From Eledone cirrhosa (taxonomy: Eukaryota): a stretch of DNA of 64,000 nt. A model generated the notes under the pieces. The model did no database searches and was not told the origin of the DNA. It saw only the letters and a program-made list of their open reading frames with translations. The position numbers and the translations under genes are program-made. The stretch covers positions 19,964,001 through 20,028,000 of the forward strand of contig OZ024761.1 of assembly GCA_964016885.1 (NCBI GenBank), read 5' to 3'. Each line of letters begins with the position of its first letter. Within the stretch, counting starts at the first letter, position 1. Below are positions 13,542 to 25,414 of this stretch, one piece after another.

Positions 13542-14312
13542 AGTATATTTATTGATAATAACAACAATTCAAAATATCAGTTCAAAATTGACCAATGAAA
13601 ACACAAAGGGTTAAAAAGCAGTTTGGTGTGTGTATATACATGTAAAACCCTACACACATTTTACAATAATGTGTGTATAATATGTATGTGCATACTAAAA
13701 AGATGGATGCAAATAAAAAATTTCAAGGTTAATATCTCTGTAAGCTTAATGCGCTGATAAGATACGCAATGATACTTATGTAGTCAAGCATATAAATATA
13801 TTTTTTCTTCATACTCACACATATCAGTATAATCACACATACATGTGCGTATATATATAAATATACACATAACCACGAACACACAAACACACACACACCC
13901 CCCACTCACATTTATATATGTGGATATAAAATCATAAGCAAATAGAAATTAAGTCACTCACATAAACACACTGATACACACATTTCAAGATCAAGATACA
14001 GAAATTAGGTGGGAGGGGGGGGGGAGGGGTCAGTATTAGGTTGTCAGACCAGACAGCCTAATATAAATGTATCTATAAATTATGAAAAATAAAAAAATAA
14101 AAAGAATAAAATATATTACATAATATAATGTACATACGCATACAGATATACATACACATACGTACATGTACGCGCACATAGAGATATCTACACATACATA
14201 GATACACACATACCTATAGTGTCCTACACACACATACATTTACACGAACATACACATACACATATAAAAAGATAAAAATACGGACACACACACGCGCAAC
14301 ACATACACACAT

Positions 14313-14361
<49 letters not shown>

Positions 14362-14471
14362 TATACACACACACACATAGACTCATATATATATATATAC
14401 ACATACATATACTTATACATAAACATATATATCCCACACTCATCCCACACTCATACCACTCATACCACCAC

Positions 14472-14511
<40 letters not shown>

Positions 14512-14747
14512 ATTCGAATCCCCGGACTGTCTGGGATGTCAGTAGCCCAGCTTCAGTACTGACTCGATCTGTGAAGACCCGTCCAACCCATGCATCATAC
14601 ACATACACACACGAGGTTCGGCTGAGAAGTTCATAGGCTGAAACAAGATACTCTCATAGAATGAGGTTTATTTTTCAACATAGTCTCTGGAAAGAAACAA
14701 TGTGTGTGTATATATATATACATACATATATATATATATATATATTG

Positions 14748-14913
14748 ACTTTGTTAGTTTCAGAAGATCCCGTTAAGGGTGAAAGCAGCGATTCTTTGCT
14801 TAAACTTTAATCTGTTATTTTAATAAATATTTGCTCTACGGTTCTTATATATTTGATATATATTTATCCTTATCGAGCCCTCTTTGGATTTTAGTCTTCA
14901 AATTTATTATTAT

Positions 14914-14918
<5 letters not shown>
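14748..14918 (+). mobile_element. Short repeat with a degenerate hammerhead-like core; further copies at ~17190-17300 (+) and ~47438-47579 (-)
   Basis: CAGAAGA-TCCC(GTTAA)GGGT-GAAAGCAGC followed by a tail shared with the other two copies. All are TA-flanked. Confidence 0.55.
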
Positions 14919-14947
<29 letters not shown>

Positions 14948-14952
<5 letters not shown>

Positions 14953-15190
14953 AAAATGTTTAACCCCGACGGTAGAGCTCAAGCCGTTTCGACGGCTATT
15001 TCTGGACTAAATTAGAATTTTTAGCGCTGTAAATCAAAAATTCTAATTTAGTCCAGAAATAGCCGTCGAAACGGCTTGAGCTCTGCCGTCGGGGTTAAAC
15101 ATTTTCCTATTACCCACTCAACTACCCTAAGTATTGAGTACTCTGGTGCGTTATGGTCCATCTGGTTCCTTACCACACCTCCTTCGTTAT
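14948..15190 (+). mobile_element. Fold-back element: ~75-bp-arm hairpin plus unique tail; contains the 3' half of a hammerhead
   Basis: Arms ~14948-15022 and 15036-15110 (one mismatch). GAAACGGC(loop)GCCGTC at 15068-15090. The tail recurs at ~48950-49036. Confidence 0.75.
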
Positions 15191-15296
15191 ATATATATAT
15201 ATATAATTGTTTCTACTTTTGGCACAAGACCAGCAATTATCCCAGTGTATTACTGGTACTTTATTTTATCGACCCTGTAAGGATGAAAGGCAAAGT

Positions 15297-15356
<60 letters not shown>

Positions 15357-15671
15357 GCTAAGTGGTTCTTTTCTTTCTGTAGCAGACAGTTATATAGTAT
15401 CGGAGCAACTAGAGAGAGGGAGGGAGAGAGAGAGAGATAAGCTAGAAGAGAAGGTGGTGGCGGCGGAGGAGGAGTGTCTATTTGCGGAAATAAATATATA
15501 TATAAATATATTTATATATTTGTCTGTTTTTAATAAAACTCGTGGCATTTGATGTTTTTTCTATGATTGTATCATAATTATTTTTGTTCCCAACAAAAGG
15601 ATTTCATCAAGATTCCGATTATTAACCAATAAAGAGGAAGATATATATTCATTGCAGCGGGCGTGTAAATA

Positions 15672-18600
15672 ATGGCTGCAAAGGAAAGAGTTGATCTAGA
15701 GATGACTCCGCGTCAGATCGAATTCTTTATTAAACTCTATCGGGAACATGAATTTCTATGGAATCCCCGTCACGAAAACTATAACTTGCGGTCGGTGAGG
15801 GCTTTGGCCCTGAAAGAAATAGCTAGCCAGATGGGGACAGGATGGACTGGTAAGTGATGTTTCGTATAACTCGCACCTGCAAGACGACGTTTCTGTTGAT
15901 GTTAAGGAGTTTATTTCTCACTATAAAACACACTGAAAAGATTCGATCTTGTTTAGGGGTAGAAAAAAACGAACAGAAATAGGTAAAAATAGTTCCGGTG
16001 GGGTTGAATGAGAATCTTTGATAGGGATCTGGTAATAAAACGAAAACACCCTCGTCTGATTCACCGTATTCGTTGCATTATAATAATAGTACACGTTAGG
16101 GTTTGTTAGTGTAGGGGTTACCTCGACGTGTTATTTATGTGTATGTATATAATTTATGTATATATATATATATGCATTTATCATACAGTTCGGCTGCTCA
16201 GTACACGAGCATGTGAAATGAATCCGGTAAATCGGACGAGATGTTTTCATTCTGTGACTCGGACAGAAACGACCCATCCAACCCATGCCAGTATGGAAAT
16301 TGGGTGTAATATGATATCAACTCCTATTAGCTCTATTTATTGCCAATCATACACAAATCGATTGATGTTCAATACGATTGTTTCTCTCTCTCTCTCTCTC
16401 GAAACTAGACCCAGTCGAGGGCCTCAAAGCCATGGGTAGTTTTCGTATTACCCTGACATCCATTGTTATCTCTACATACCGAGTCCTACATTTAGACGTG
16501 CGAGAGAAACTTGCTGTGTGTAGTGTGGTGTGGTGTGGTGTGGTGTGGTGTGGTGTGGTGTGGTGTGGTGTGGTGTAGTGTAGTGTAGTGTAGTGTAGTG
16601 TCGTGTCGTGTCGTGTAGTGTGGTGTAGTGTAGTGTAGTGCGGTGTGGTGTGGTGTAGTGTAGTGTGGTGCGGTGTAGTGTAGTGTAGTGTGGTGTGGTG
16701 TAGTGTAGTGGTGTGGTGTGGGGTAGTGTGGTGTAGTGGTGTGGTGTGGGGTAGTGTGGGTAGTGTGGTGTGGTGTAGTAGTGTAGTGTAGTGTACTTAC
16801 ATATATAAGTAAAACCTACTACAGTCAGTAGGCATCTCTAACAAAATACACCCCCACCCCATCCACACCGCCCCTTTCAATGTAAAGTTATGTTGGTGCC
16901 ACACCATCCAGGCCGAAACAAATGAGATCGTGTAGGTGTCACGACAAAAAAACACACAGTCCACGCTGTAATGTGGCCGTGTAAGCAACACGGTAAAAAC
17001 CTCCCAGCCCCACACTGTAAATGTGGTTGGTGTTAGGAAGGGCATCCAACTGTAGAAAACCCGCCAGACAGTCCTATGCGAGCAAGACAACCACTCTTGC
17101 CTCAAGTGGGAAAACTCCCGTCCAAACCCATGCAAGCGTGGAACATGGACGTTAAACGATGATGATGATGATATATATATATATATCTTTGTTTAAACTT
17201 TAATCTTATTTTAATAAATATTTGCTCTACGGTTTTTTATATATTTATATATTATCCTTATCGAGCCCTCTTCGCATTTTAGTCTTCACATTTATTACTA
17301 TATATATATGTATATAGTATAAAAGAGAAAACACAGGTAAGCATTAAGAGAAGGATTTTATCCAGGTATTTACGACCATTTCATTGGTAAGTGCAACCTT
17401 ATATTGCTATACTGCAAATAGCAGCCACTCAATTATAATTGTTGTTCACGTCCAAATTTTCAAAAAGGTTGCACTTACCAATGAAACGGTCGTAAATACC
17501 TGGATAAAATCCTCTTAATACTTACCTGTGATTTCTCTTTTATACTTTATACTCCAAGATTGAACAGAATTCTTACAAACTTGTGGAGTTACCCCTAACC
17601 GTATGTTGAAACCATCCATGAAACTGGCTTTCTCAACCACGAACTGGATCACAATAAGCAATTTTCTGCTTCCCTAACTATATATATATATACACACATA
17701 CAATGGCGGACTGGGTCTAAAAATATAGGTGCCAGGAGATGAAGAGGGCCCAGCTACATATAGGATGCTATCATTTAATTTTGATTTTGAAAGTAGGCTT
17801 ATAATTATTAATTTTCATTATACTTTTGTAGCAATCTCCGTGGCCGAGTGGGATTGAACCCAAGACCAGGATCTCCACCATCTCTAATACCTACCACTGG
17901 GCCACGGAGACAACTACGAAAATCTTATGAAAATTCATACTTATAAACCTACTTTCAAAATTTTAAAAATAAAATGATGTGATGTTGTTGACCAAATGCT
18001 TTGCTTAATTGTTTTATTTTTTTTTTTTTGTTCTTTCTCTTAGACTTCAGGTATTTTTTGAAAGCTAAGCATTGGCCCCTAATATATATATATATATATA
18101 TATATCAAAATAAAGATCTGAAGGCATGGTATAAATTTCCAATCATTTTAATCACGACACGTTTCAATAAGAGATAGATCGATCGTGTAGCCATGGCTAC
18201 ACGATCGATCTATCTCTTATTGAAACATTATACTATGCCTTTGGATCTTTATTTTGATACAAATACTCTGTTTTACATCATCTAGCTGTTCCCATAAATG
18301 GAATTGGAGATATACAAAAGCGTGGCGAACTTAATATTGCTAACAAAAATTTATTGGACTGTTTGACACAACCAATAATACACCTTACTATATAACAATT
18401 ATATATATATATAAGATCAAAAGATGGTTAAAAGAGTTCCATGTATTTTATTATGCGCATTTCAAAAACAAATATCATCATGGGATGATATTTGCGTTCT
18501 CATCAGATAAAATAGGGAGACACGATATGAAGCTTAAAAAACACTTGCGAGCAGTGAAGTGTTAAATCTTCTACATATGAAAAATAAAATAAGATGGATA

Positions 18601-21600
18601 TATGAGATTGGGAAAAAAAAAAAAATAAATAAAAAGAAGGAAGGGGGAAGGAAAGGGTGAGGAAGAAAGAAAATAAAGGATGGCAGGGGAGGAGTATAAG
18701 AAGGAAAGATGAGAGAGGAGGAGAAGTGAGTGAGAGAGAAATAGCCTTTAATACTGATAAACACTGTCTCACAGAGAGAAATTTAAAAAAACCGTTGTAA
18801 GATAATACATAATTTAAAAAAATTTTGAACTTCAAAGTTAATGAGGTTTATGAATGGTGATGTTTATGATTAAAGAAAAAGGAATTAAGAATAGTATTTA
18901 TTTAAGGTTTATATATTGAAGGGTTTAATAATATGTGCGAAAAGGAATTTATTAATATGTATTATTAAAATAAAAATATTAAGGAGATAAGGTGAATGAA
19001 GAAGAGATTAAATGAACTTAGAGGAATTAGTTAAGGGCTAAGTTTGTTTCTATGTATTGTAATATGAAAAAGTAAATAATAGGTTTAATACGAGCACGGA
19101 AGGAGAGAAGAAAGAAGAAAATTTAAGGAAGAAAAAATATATAACGTCAAAAAAAATATGTTTACAAAATTTACTAATGGTAATATTAGTATATATTAAA
19201 AATATAGTTTGTATGGCCAAGAATATAAGGAAAATGCTATAGTGAGTAATAATATGAATTAAGAAGTAATTGAGAAGTAAAAGTTACAGATTAAAGATTA
19301 GAAATTAAAAAAGAAAAAAGGAAAAACCTATTTACTTTTTCATATTACAATACATAGAAACAAACTTAGACCCTAACTAATTCCTCTAATCTCTTCTTCA
19401 TTCACCTTATCTCCTTAATATTTTTATTTTAATAATACATATTAATAAATTCCTTTCGCACATATTATTAAACCCTTCAATATATAAACCTTAAATAAAT
19501 ACTATTCTTAATTCCTTTTTCTTTAATCATAAACATCACCATTCATAAACCTCATTAACTTTCAATTTCAAATTTTTTTTTTAATTTCTTTCTGTGAGAC
19601 AGTGTTTCTCAGTATTAAAGGCTATCTCTCTCTCTCAACCTTCCTTCTTATACTCCTCCCCCGTCATCCTTTATTTTCTTTCTTCCTTCCCCCTTCCTCC
19701 TTTTTTTCCCCCCCAATCTCATATATCCATCTTATTTTATTTTTCATATGTAGATTTAACACTTCACTGCTCGCAAGTGTTTTTTAAGCTTCATATCATG
19801 TCTCCCTATTTTATCTGATGAGAACGCAAATATCATCCCATGATATTTGTTTTTGAAATACGCATAATAAAATACATGGAACGCTTTTAACCATCTTTTG
19901 ATCTTATATTATTTATACTACAGTCCTATAAACTGTTGAGTGCTACTTATCCGATATTTACATTGCTTTATTGTGCTACAATAAAACTCACCTCCTACAT
20001 ATATATATAGGTGGGTCGGCTGACCAAATGAGGTTTATTTTTCAACATAGTCCCCTGGAAAGAAATAATGCAGTTATCAATAAAAAGAGTTTGAAGTTAA
20101 TGTCATGCAAGATTTCACAGCTCTAGCATCACTCCTTCGTAATTAGCCTGTGAACTTTTCATCCTACCCTCGTGTATATATATTGTGTGTGTGTTGGACG
20201 TCGGTTAGTTTCGACGATGACTAACTGTTCCAGTTGATTCAATCAATAGTTACAGTCTGTGTGTGATGTTTGTCTGTGTGTGACTTGTCCATCATAGGGT
20301 TTCAGTGGCCTTAGAAATATTTGGCAGTGTCCAGTCCCTCACTAAGATTAGCCCACAAACAGAAGCAGTTACCCCAGGTTCAGCCAGTCATTAGGGACAT
20401 TTGACTGTGTTGTCTATCGTGGTGTTTCATTGGAGTTTAGAATCCAAGAATGCAGTCCCTCACTAAGATTAGTCTACCAGGAGAAACAGCAGAGGTGTTG
20501 CTGAAAAATATCCCAGAAGCCAGAAGTGTGAGTCTGGTGAGAACCAGAGTAACCATTCTTCCCTAAGGATGCTACTGTTTTTGTCTTATACAACCAAACA
20601 CCATTTTGTGCAGGTTGTTATCAAAACAGTTAATTTTCATGTCTGTCATTATAATATTGTTGTTTTCTTTCTATTTCAATTTAGACATTAGTGGGGATGG
20701 TTCTTCTCTCTCATCTGTTGGGTGTGTTGGTCAACTTTTGGGTGTGTTGGTCAACTGTTGGGTGTGGTGGTCATCTGTTGGGTGTGGTGGTCAACTGTAT
20801 TTAGAGATTGGTGGAGGTTTTTATTCTTCTTCTTCTCCACTTTTAGGGGAGTTGGTCCAAAAGAGGTGGAATACACTGAAATCAAACTATGCCCGAGAGA
20901 CGAGAAAGATCCAAGAGAGTATCCGTAGTGGCGCTAGCTTTGAAGATATCTACACCCCAACATGGTGGTTATTTAAGCCTTTAAATGATTTCCTACAAGG
21001 TACCTACCATCCAAGACACCCTAGGATTAAAATGGTTAGTAAAACTCTGTTGTACTTTATTCCTTTAAGCCATCATCATCATCATCTGTTTGCTTTTCAA
21101 TGCTTGCATGGGTTGGATAGGTCTTTTCCAGCACAGCTCCCCACCCCCTACAGCATTCCTTCGTCATCTCCTCTTTTTATAGAGTGGCCTGGGTACCAAC
21201 CCTACCACAGTACCAACCTGTCCATGGTACCAAGCCTACCCTGAGTACATTTTATCACTGTAATTAATGTATGTAATGATGATGATGATAATGATGTGGT
21301 TTTACACTTTTCCCATTTTATAATAATGTTTCTTTCCTGACATTTTAGGGCAATATTTCGGCAAATGTTGTGAGTCCATTGGACAATGGAGAACTGGATG
21401 AATCTATTACAAGCTGGTCTGACGATCAGAACTATCTACAAAACAAGGACTACAACGGTTGGAATGGAGACACTTCTAATGTCAGTCAGGACTCACCACG
21501 TCTCTCACTTGAAGCACAACCTAATTCTAACATGGAAGATTTTTCACTAATGCCACACGCACTCTTCATCAAACGGTCATTGTCTCCAACGAACAGCGAG

Positions 21601-21867
21601 AAATTTAAAAGACCAAGATCAAGCAACCACATTGAAAGTCGTAGCGTACAAGTCCTTAACACGTGCGATCAGATATTTACCGAGTTTAAAGACCCCGCAC
21701 CATCGTCTGTGCATGTGGATGTTGATGAAATGTTTGCCAAAATTGTAGGGGAGGAGTTGCGACAAATAAAAAATGAGTCGGACAAATATGAACTCAAGAT
21801 TCAAATATTGAGCCTATGTCGTAACTTTAAATTAAAACAGGTGAACAAGGTGATCCAGACTGATTGA
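15672..21867 (+). CDS. MADF-BESS transcription factor, paralog C (exons 15672-15849, 20847-21034, 21349-21867; 294 aa)
   Basis: 178-nt first coding exon ending GWT-G|GTAAGT, as in paralog A. MADF: FIKLYREHEFLWN...VQKRWNTLKSNYARE...WWLFKPLNDFL. BESS: DVDEMFAKIVGEELRQIKNESDKYELKIQILSLC. Confidence 0.88.
16517..16795. repeat. (GTGTG/GTGTA/GTGTC)n pentanucleotide microsatellite
   Basis: Direct inspection. Confidence 0.95.
16796..17172 (+). mobile_element. RTE LINE family 1, 3'UTR only
   Basis: Matches the 3'UTR after the ORFs ending at 30773 and 32844. Ends GGACGTTAAAC(GAT)n. Confidence 0.85.
17316..17680 (+). mobile_element. Fold-back element (arms 17316-17400 / 17465-17546) with hammerhead 3' half and unique tail
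   Basis: ~83-bp inverted arms. GAAACGGTCGTA at 17483. TA flanks on both sides. Confidence 0.7.
17770..17976. mobile_element. Palindromic MITE-like element with tRNA-like A/B boxes at its centre
   Basis: Inverted arms TTTTGAAAGTAGGCTTATAA../..TTATAAACCTACTTTCAAAA and CTCCGTGGCC/GGCCACGGAG. Minus strand carries TGGCCCAGTGG and GGTTCAATCCC. Confidence 0.55.
18103..18398 (+). mobile_element. Fold-back element with a perfect 66-bp palindrome (18161-18226) and hammerhead 3' half
   Basis: Palindrome centred on CCA|TGG. Outer arms 18103-18133 / ~18228-18259. The left arm reads GAAACGTGTC on the minus strand. Confidence 0.7.
18446..18512 (-). ncRNA. Type-I hammerhead ribozyme motif (left arm)
   Basis: Minus strand: TTTTAT-CTGATGA-GAACGCAAATATCAT..ATGATATTTGTTTTT-GAAA-TGCGCA-TA-ATAAAA. 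Confidence 0.8.
19809..19872 (+). ncRNA. Type-I hammerhead ribozyme motif (right arm)
   Basis: TTTTAT-CTGATGA-GAACGCAAATATCAT(CCC)ATGATATTTGTTTTT-GAAA-TACGCA-TA-ATAAAA. Confidence 0.75.
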
Positions 21868-22965
21868 ACACCTATAGATTGGGTTTTTTTTTTTTTTTTT
21901 ATAGAGGGCACCATCTAAGCCAGGCCCTCAATATATTATGTTGTCTCTGTCTTTACCTCCTTCATCATAACCCTTTCCCATCCCTTCATCCTGCTCAGAT
22001 CATCTGTAACAACAGTCATTCGTTTGATGGGGAGGGGAGAGGAGGGGTCATTAATTTGTTGGTTGCCTTGATGATTTTGGAAAAATGGACTCTGAGCCAC
22101 CAGAAGCTGCCTAACAGTAATGAAACAATTCTCGTCACAAATATTCACCCAATATTTGCCATATAAATAACAACAGTACCTAAACAACAACTATAATAAT
22201 AATAATAATAAATAATAAATAATAATAATAATAATAATTTATGGAAATCCAATCACAAATTAAAGTTTTGAATTTTTTCTTTTTTAAAAAAAAAAAAAGA
22301 TAATAAAAAAAAAAATCAAAATTTTCAACAATAATGATTTCTACTATAGGCACAGGCCAGCAATAATGGCAAGAAATATCTTTTTTCTTTTTAGACCTGT
22401 AACCCCTGAGAGAGTACTAGGGGCGCCGTATTGACATACAACATTTTTAGGGCATTTTTTTAAAAAACCTGGCAGGCCCCATCTCCTCTCCAGGTCAGAA
22501 CACAGCAGATTTCTTCCAGAGAAGGAGTGTGAGAGAATGGAAATGAGAAAGAGATATAGAAGAAAAATCGACCCCAGTACTTGACTGGTACTTTTTTATT
22601 GACCTTAAATGGATGAAAGGTAAAGTTGACCTCGGTGGGATTTGAACTCAGAGTTGCCGTGAGCCAAAACAAATAACTACAAAGCATTTTATCTGACATT
22701 CTAACAACTCTTACAATTAATCACCTGACTTGAAATATAATTAGTGTTAGAAAACAGATTGGCGTTCTTGGGGGAAAATTTTATTATAATTTTTTTTTTT
22801 TAGGTGTGGGGGAATATTTCAATAAATAATTTTTTGCAATCATCTCTCTTATAACTCCAGTTTTTTTTATTTTTGCTCCATTTCCGTTTTGTTTTTTTTT
22901 CTCTTCAGAATTAATTCCTTGTCCAGTTCCATCATCAGTTGATTTTCAATGATTGTTTAAAGAAC

Positions 22966-24687
22966 CTATTGCCATTTCTTTGGTGCCACTTTTACTTTAT
23001 CACTTACTACTTCTGACATTACGCTTCTTTTATAATCTGTCCACATCAGTTGCTTTTCCAGTTTCATATCGAGCTCCTTGTCTTTCGGATAGCTGTTGGA
23101 CAGTTTCCGTACCTGCCATTTTACTATTTCCGAAGAATTTTCAATGAAGAATTTCTTTGACAACAACACAATTTCTGCTCCACCACTGATTAACGTAACA
23201 CTATCGGTGGTTGGTAGTTTATAAAAGTCATCAAAGACCAAAGTATCAAGACCAAAGACATCTCTACATTTAAGCAGATCAATCTGTACACACACATAAT
23301 TTCCGTGATCTTCAACTATCTTTTCATGTACAGTTTTCTCTTCGAAACTATTAGTAGCTGAGGACATTTTCGGAAATGATTTGCTGCCCATAACAGAATC
23401 AGTAACTTCCATGTCGTGTATAAACATGTGACTTTCATGTGTTTGTTTCAGCGGTAATTGAAATATTTGGGCAAAAGTGACGTCTGGAATCAACCTCATC
23501 CTATTATATTGGGTTTTAACACGATATCTTATTGGTTTCTTCAATCTTTTTATAACCCTACACAAACCCTCCTTCATTATATACAGCCAATCTGTGTTGA
23601 GGCTATCTTCTACTACAACAACATCTCTTTTAAAATAATACACAAAACAATCCTCTAAGTTATTTTTTATATGCTCAGCTGGCCACAGATACATAAATTT
23701 ACATTTTAAAAGAAATTTAACATGGTCTGGTATATATTGGTCACCTGTATAGCTTCTAAATTCTTTAAGAATATCATCTCTTTCAATGACCAGTAGATGG
23801 ACTGTAGTGTCACTTGTGACTGAGTATCTCCGAAGTGTCCTGTTTACCATATCTATTTCTCCAAACGTTGCACCCGAATTCATAAACGTTCTTTTCTCAG
23901 TTACAGTGCCATCTTTCTTATGAATCAACTCGGAGATTATCACTTGCCCTCCAATAATGAAATAGAAACATTCGGCAGGTAATCCTTGTCGAATAATAAT
24001 CCGTTTCGGTGTTACCATAGTATACCATGCTACTTTGGCAATGGACTTCTGAATTTTATATGGGTATTTGCAGAAAAATTCCAGACCAGCAGCTTGAAGG
24101 TAATTTACGACAGTCTCTACATCTTCGTCTTGTCGTGTTGCTGGGTATTGGTTGAGAATAAGTTTAGCTTTTGCATCTAATAATCTTGATTCTTTATCTA
24201 GTTTAAAAAAATTAGGATTGAAAGAAAGCTCACCAGTAGAAAAGTGGATGTTTTCGATTGGCTTTTTTTCTTTACTCATTTTGCCCATACCTGCGAGAGT
24301 ATTATAAGCCATTACCCACTGACTGAAAGGATCAAATGTAACTTTCTTCTCAGTGGATCTATCCGTTGTAGGTACTACTAAGGGATCTGTCACTGAGAAG
24401 TCATGCTTAAATTTGGAAATCTCAGTTCCTCGTTTTTTTAGTTTCTGATGAATGGCATAAAAAGCTATTAATGTTTGTGCCAATCGCTTGAAAATGTTTC
24501 TAGGTGAGGGTTTCTTATCTTCCAGACTTAACAGATTAACATGTTGCGGCAAGTGAAAATAAAGTTTGTGATATCTGCTTTTCAGGTAAGTGACATTATT
24601 CGTAATGTCTTTGTTATATGCGGAAAGGTCGGTTTTTCCTTGCTGATCCAATTTCAAAGGGAGAGCTTTTACTGCAAATGGCTTCAT
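22966..24687 (-). CDS. Cyclic nucleotide-binding domain-containing protein (CNBD2-like), single exon, 573 aa from the first ATG
   Basis: Uninterrupted ORF. cNMP domain 1: IIIRQGLPAECFYFIIGGQV..SGATFGEIDMV...RRYSV. Split domain 2: YFKRDVVVV..DWLYIMKEGLC....DVFGL...VTLISGGAE. The ORF-track start at 24714 is TTG; the first ATG is at 24687. Confidence 0.82.
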   Translation of the reverse strand: MKPFAVKALPLKLDQQGKTDLSAYNKDITNNVTYLKSRYHKLYFHLPQHVNLLSLEDKKPSPRNIFKRLAQTLIAFYAIHQKLKKRGTEISKFKHDFSVTDPLVVPTTDRSTEKKVTFDPFSQWVMAYNTLAGMGKMSKEKKPIENIHFSTGELSFNPNFFKLDKESRLLDAKAKLILNQYPATRQDEDVETVVNYLQAAGLEFFCKYPYKIQKSIAKVAWYTMVTPKRIIIRQGLPAECFYFIIGGQVIISELIHKKDGTVTEKRTFMNSGATFGEIDMVNRTLRRYSVTSDTTVHLLVIERDDILKEFRSYTGDQYIPDHVKFLLKCKFMYLWPAEHIKNNLEDCFVYYFKRDVVVVEDSLNTDWLYIMKEGLCRVIKRLKKPIRYRVKTQYNRMRLIPDVTFAQIFQLPLKQTHESHMFIHDMEVTDSVMGSKSFPKMSSATNSFEEKTVHEKIVEDHGNYVCVQIDLLKCRDVFGLDTLVFDDFYKLPTTDSVTLISGGAEIVLLSKKFFIENSSEIVKWQVRKLSNSYPKDKELDMKLEKQLMWTDYKRSVMSEVVSDKVKVAPKKWQ

Positions 24688-24997
24688 TTCTATGTGTCCA
24701 AGACTGATTATCAAATTTGATCGTTAGCCAGAAGACAAAAGAACGTTGCTGTTAGAAATTACTGGAAATAAAGATTTTCCAGTATCGTCCTTATATATTT
24801 TATTCAGTTTAAAATTTCAGCATTTCCACATTTTTGTTGTTGCTTTGATATATATATATATTTATTTTATTTTTGGTCCTTTTTTTAAATCTGGGAGTGT
24901 GAAAGAAAATAAAACTTAATGAATATTTATATTATTGTAAGAAATAATTTACGACCGTCTTATTATGAAAACTGAGACAGTGTTCTGTGATTACATG

Positions 24998-25383
24998 GAG
25001 ACACACTTTGAAAATCTAGATTGAGGGAATTATCTACATGTCTACATTGATAAACATTCCTAGTCTTCTGTTTGTGTGTTTGGGGGTCACTCTCTTATAT
25101 ATATATTTATATATAAATATATATATAAGAGAGTGACCCCCAAACACACAAACAGAAGAATATATAAATATATATATAAGAGAGTGACCCCCAAACAGAA
25201 GACTAGGAATGTTTATCAATGTAGACATGTAGATAATTCCCTCAATCTAGATTTACCAAGTGTGTCTATTATGCATATACGCTAGCTTGGCCGTATTCTA
25301 AAGCTTCGTCAATGCTGTACTAAAATATATATTTATATATATATATATATATATATAAATATATATTTTAGTACAGCATTGAC

Positions 25384-25384
<1 letters not shown>
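24998..25384. repeat. Long inverted repeat around a TA core (~24998-25268, with a partial internal duplication) plus a second small palindrome (25308-25384)
   Basis: TCTAGATTGAGGGAATTATCTACATGTCTACATTGATAAACATTCCTAGTCTTCTG and its reverse complement; GTCAATGCTGTACTAAAA/TTTTAGTACAGCATTGAC. Confidence 0.8.

Positions 25385-25412
<28 letters not shown>

Positions 25413-25414
<2 letters not shown>

Larger units (their letters stand above)
18412..19998. mobile_element. ~1.6-kb element with ~600-bp inverted arms, each carrying a hammerhead (inverted pseudo-LTR arrangement typical of Penelope-like elements)
   Basis: Arm ~18412-19076 is the reverse complement of ~19331-19907. A unique ~90-nt tail follows on the right. 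TA flanks. Confidence 0.75.
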
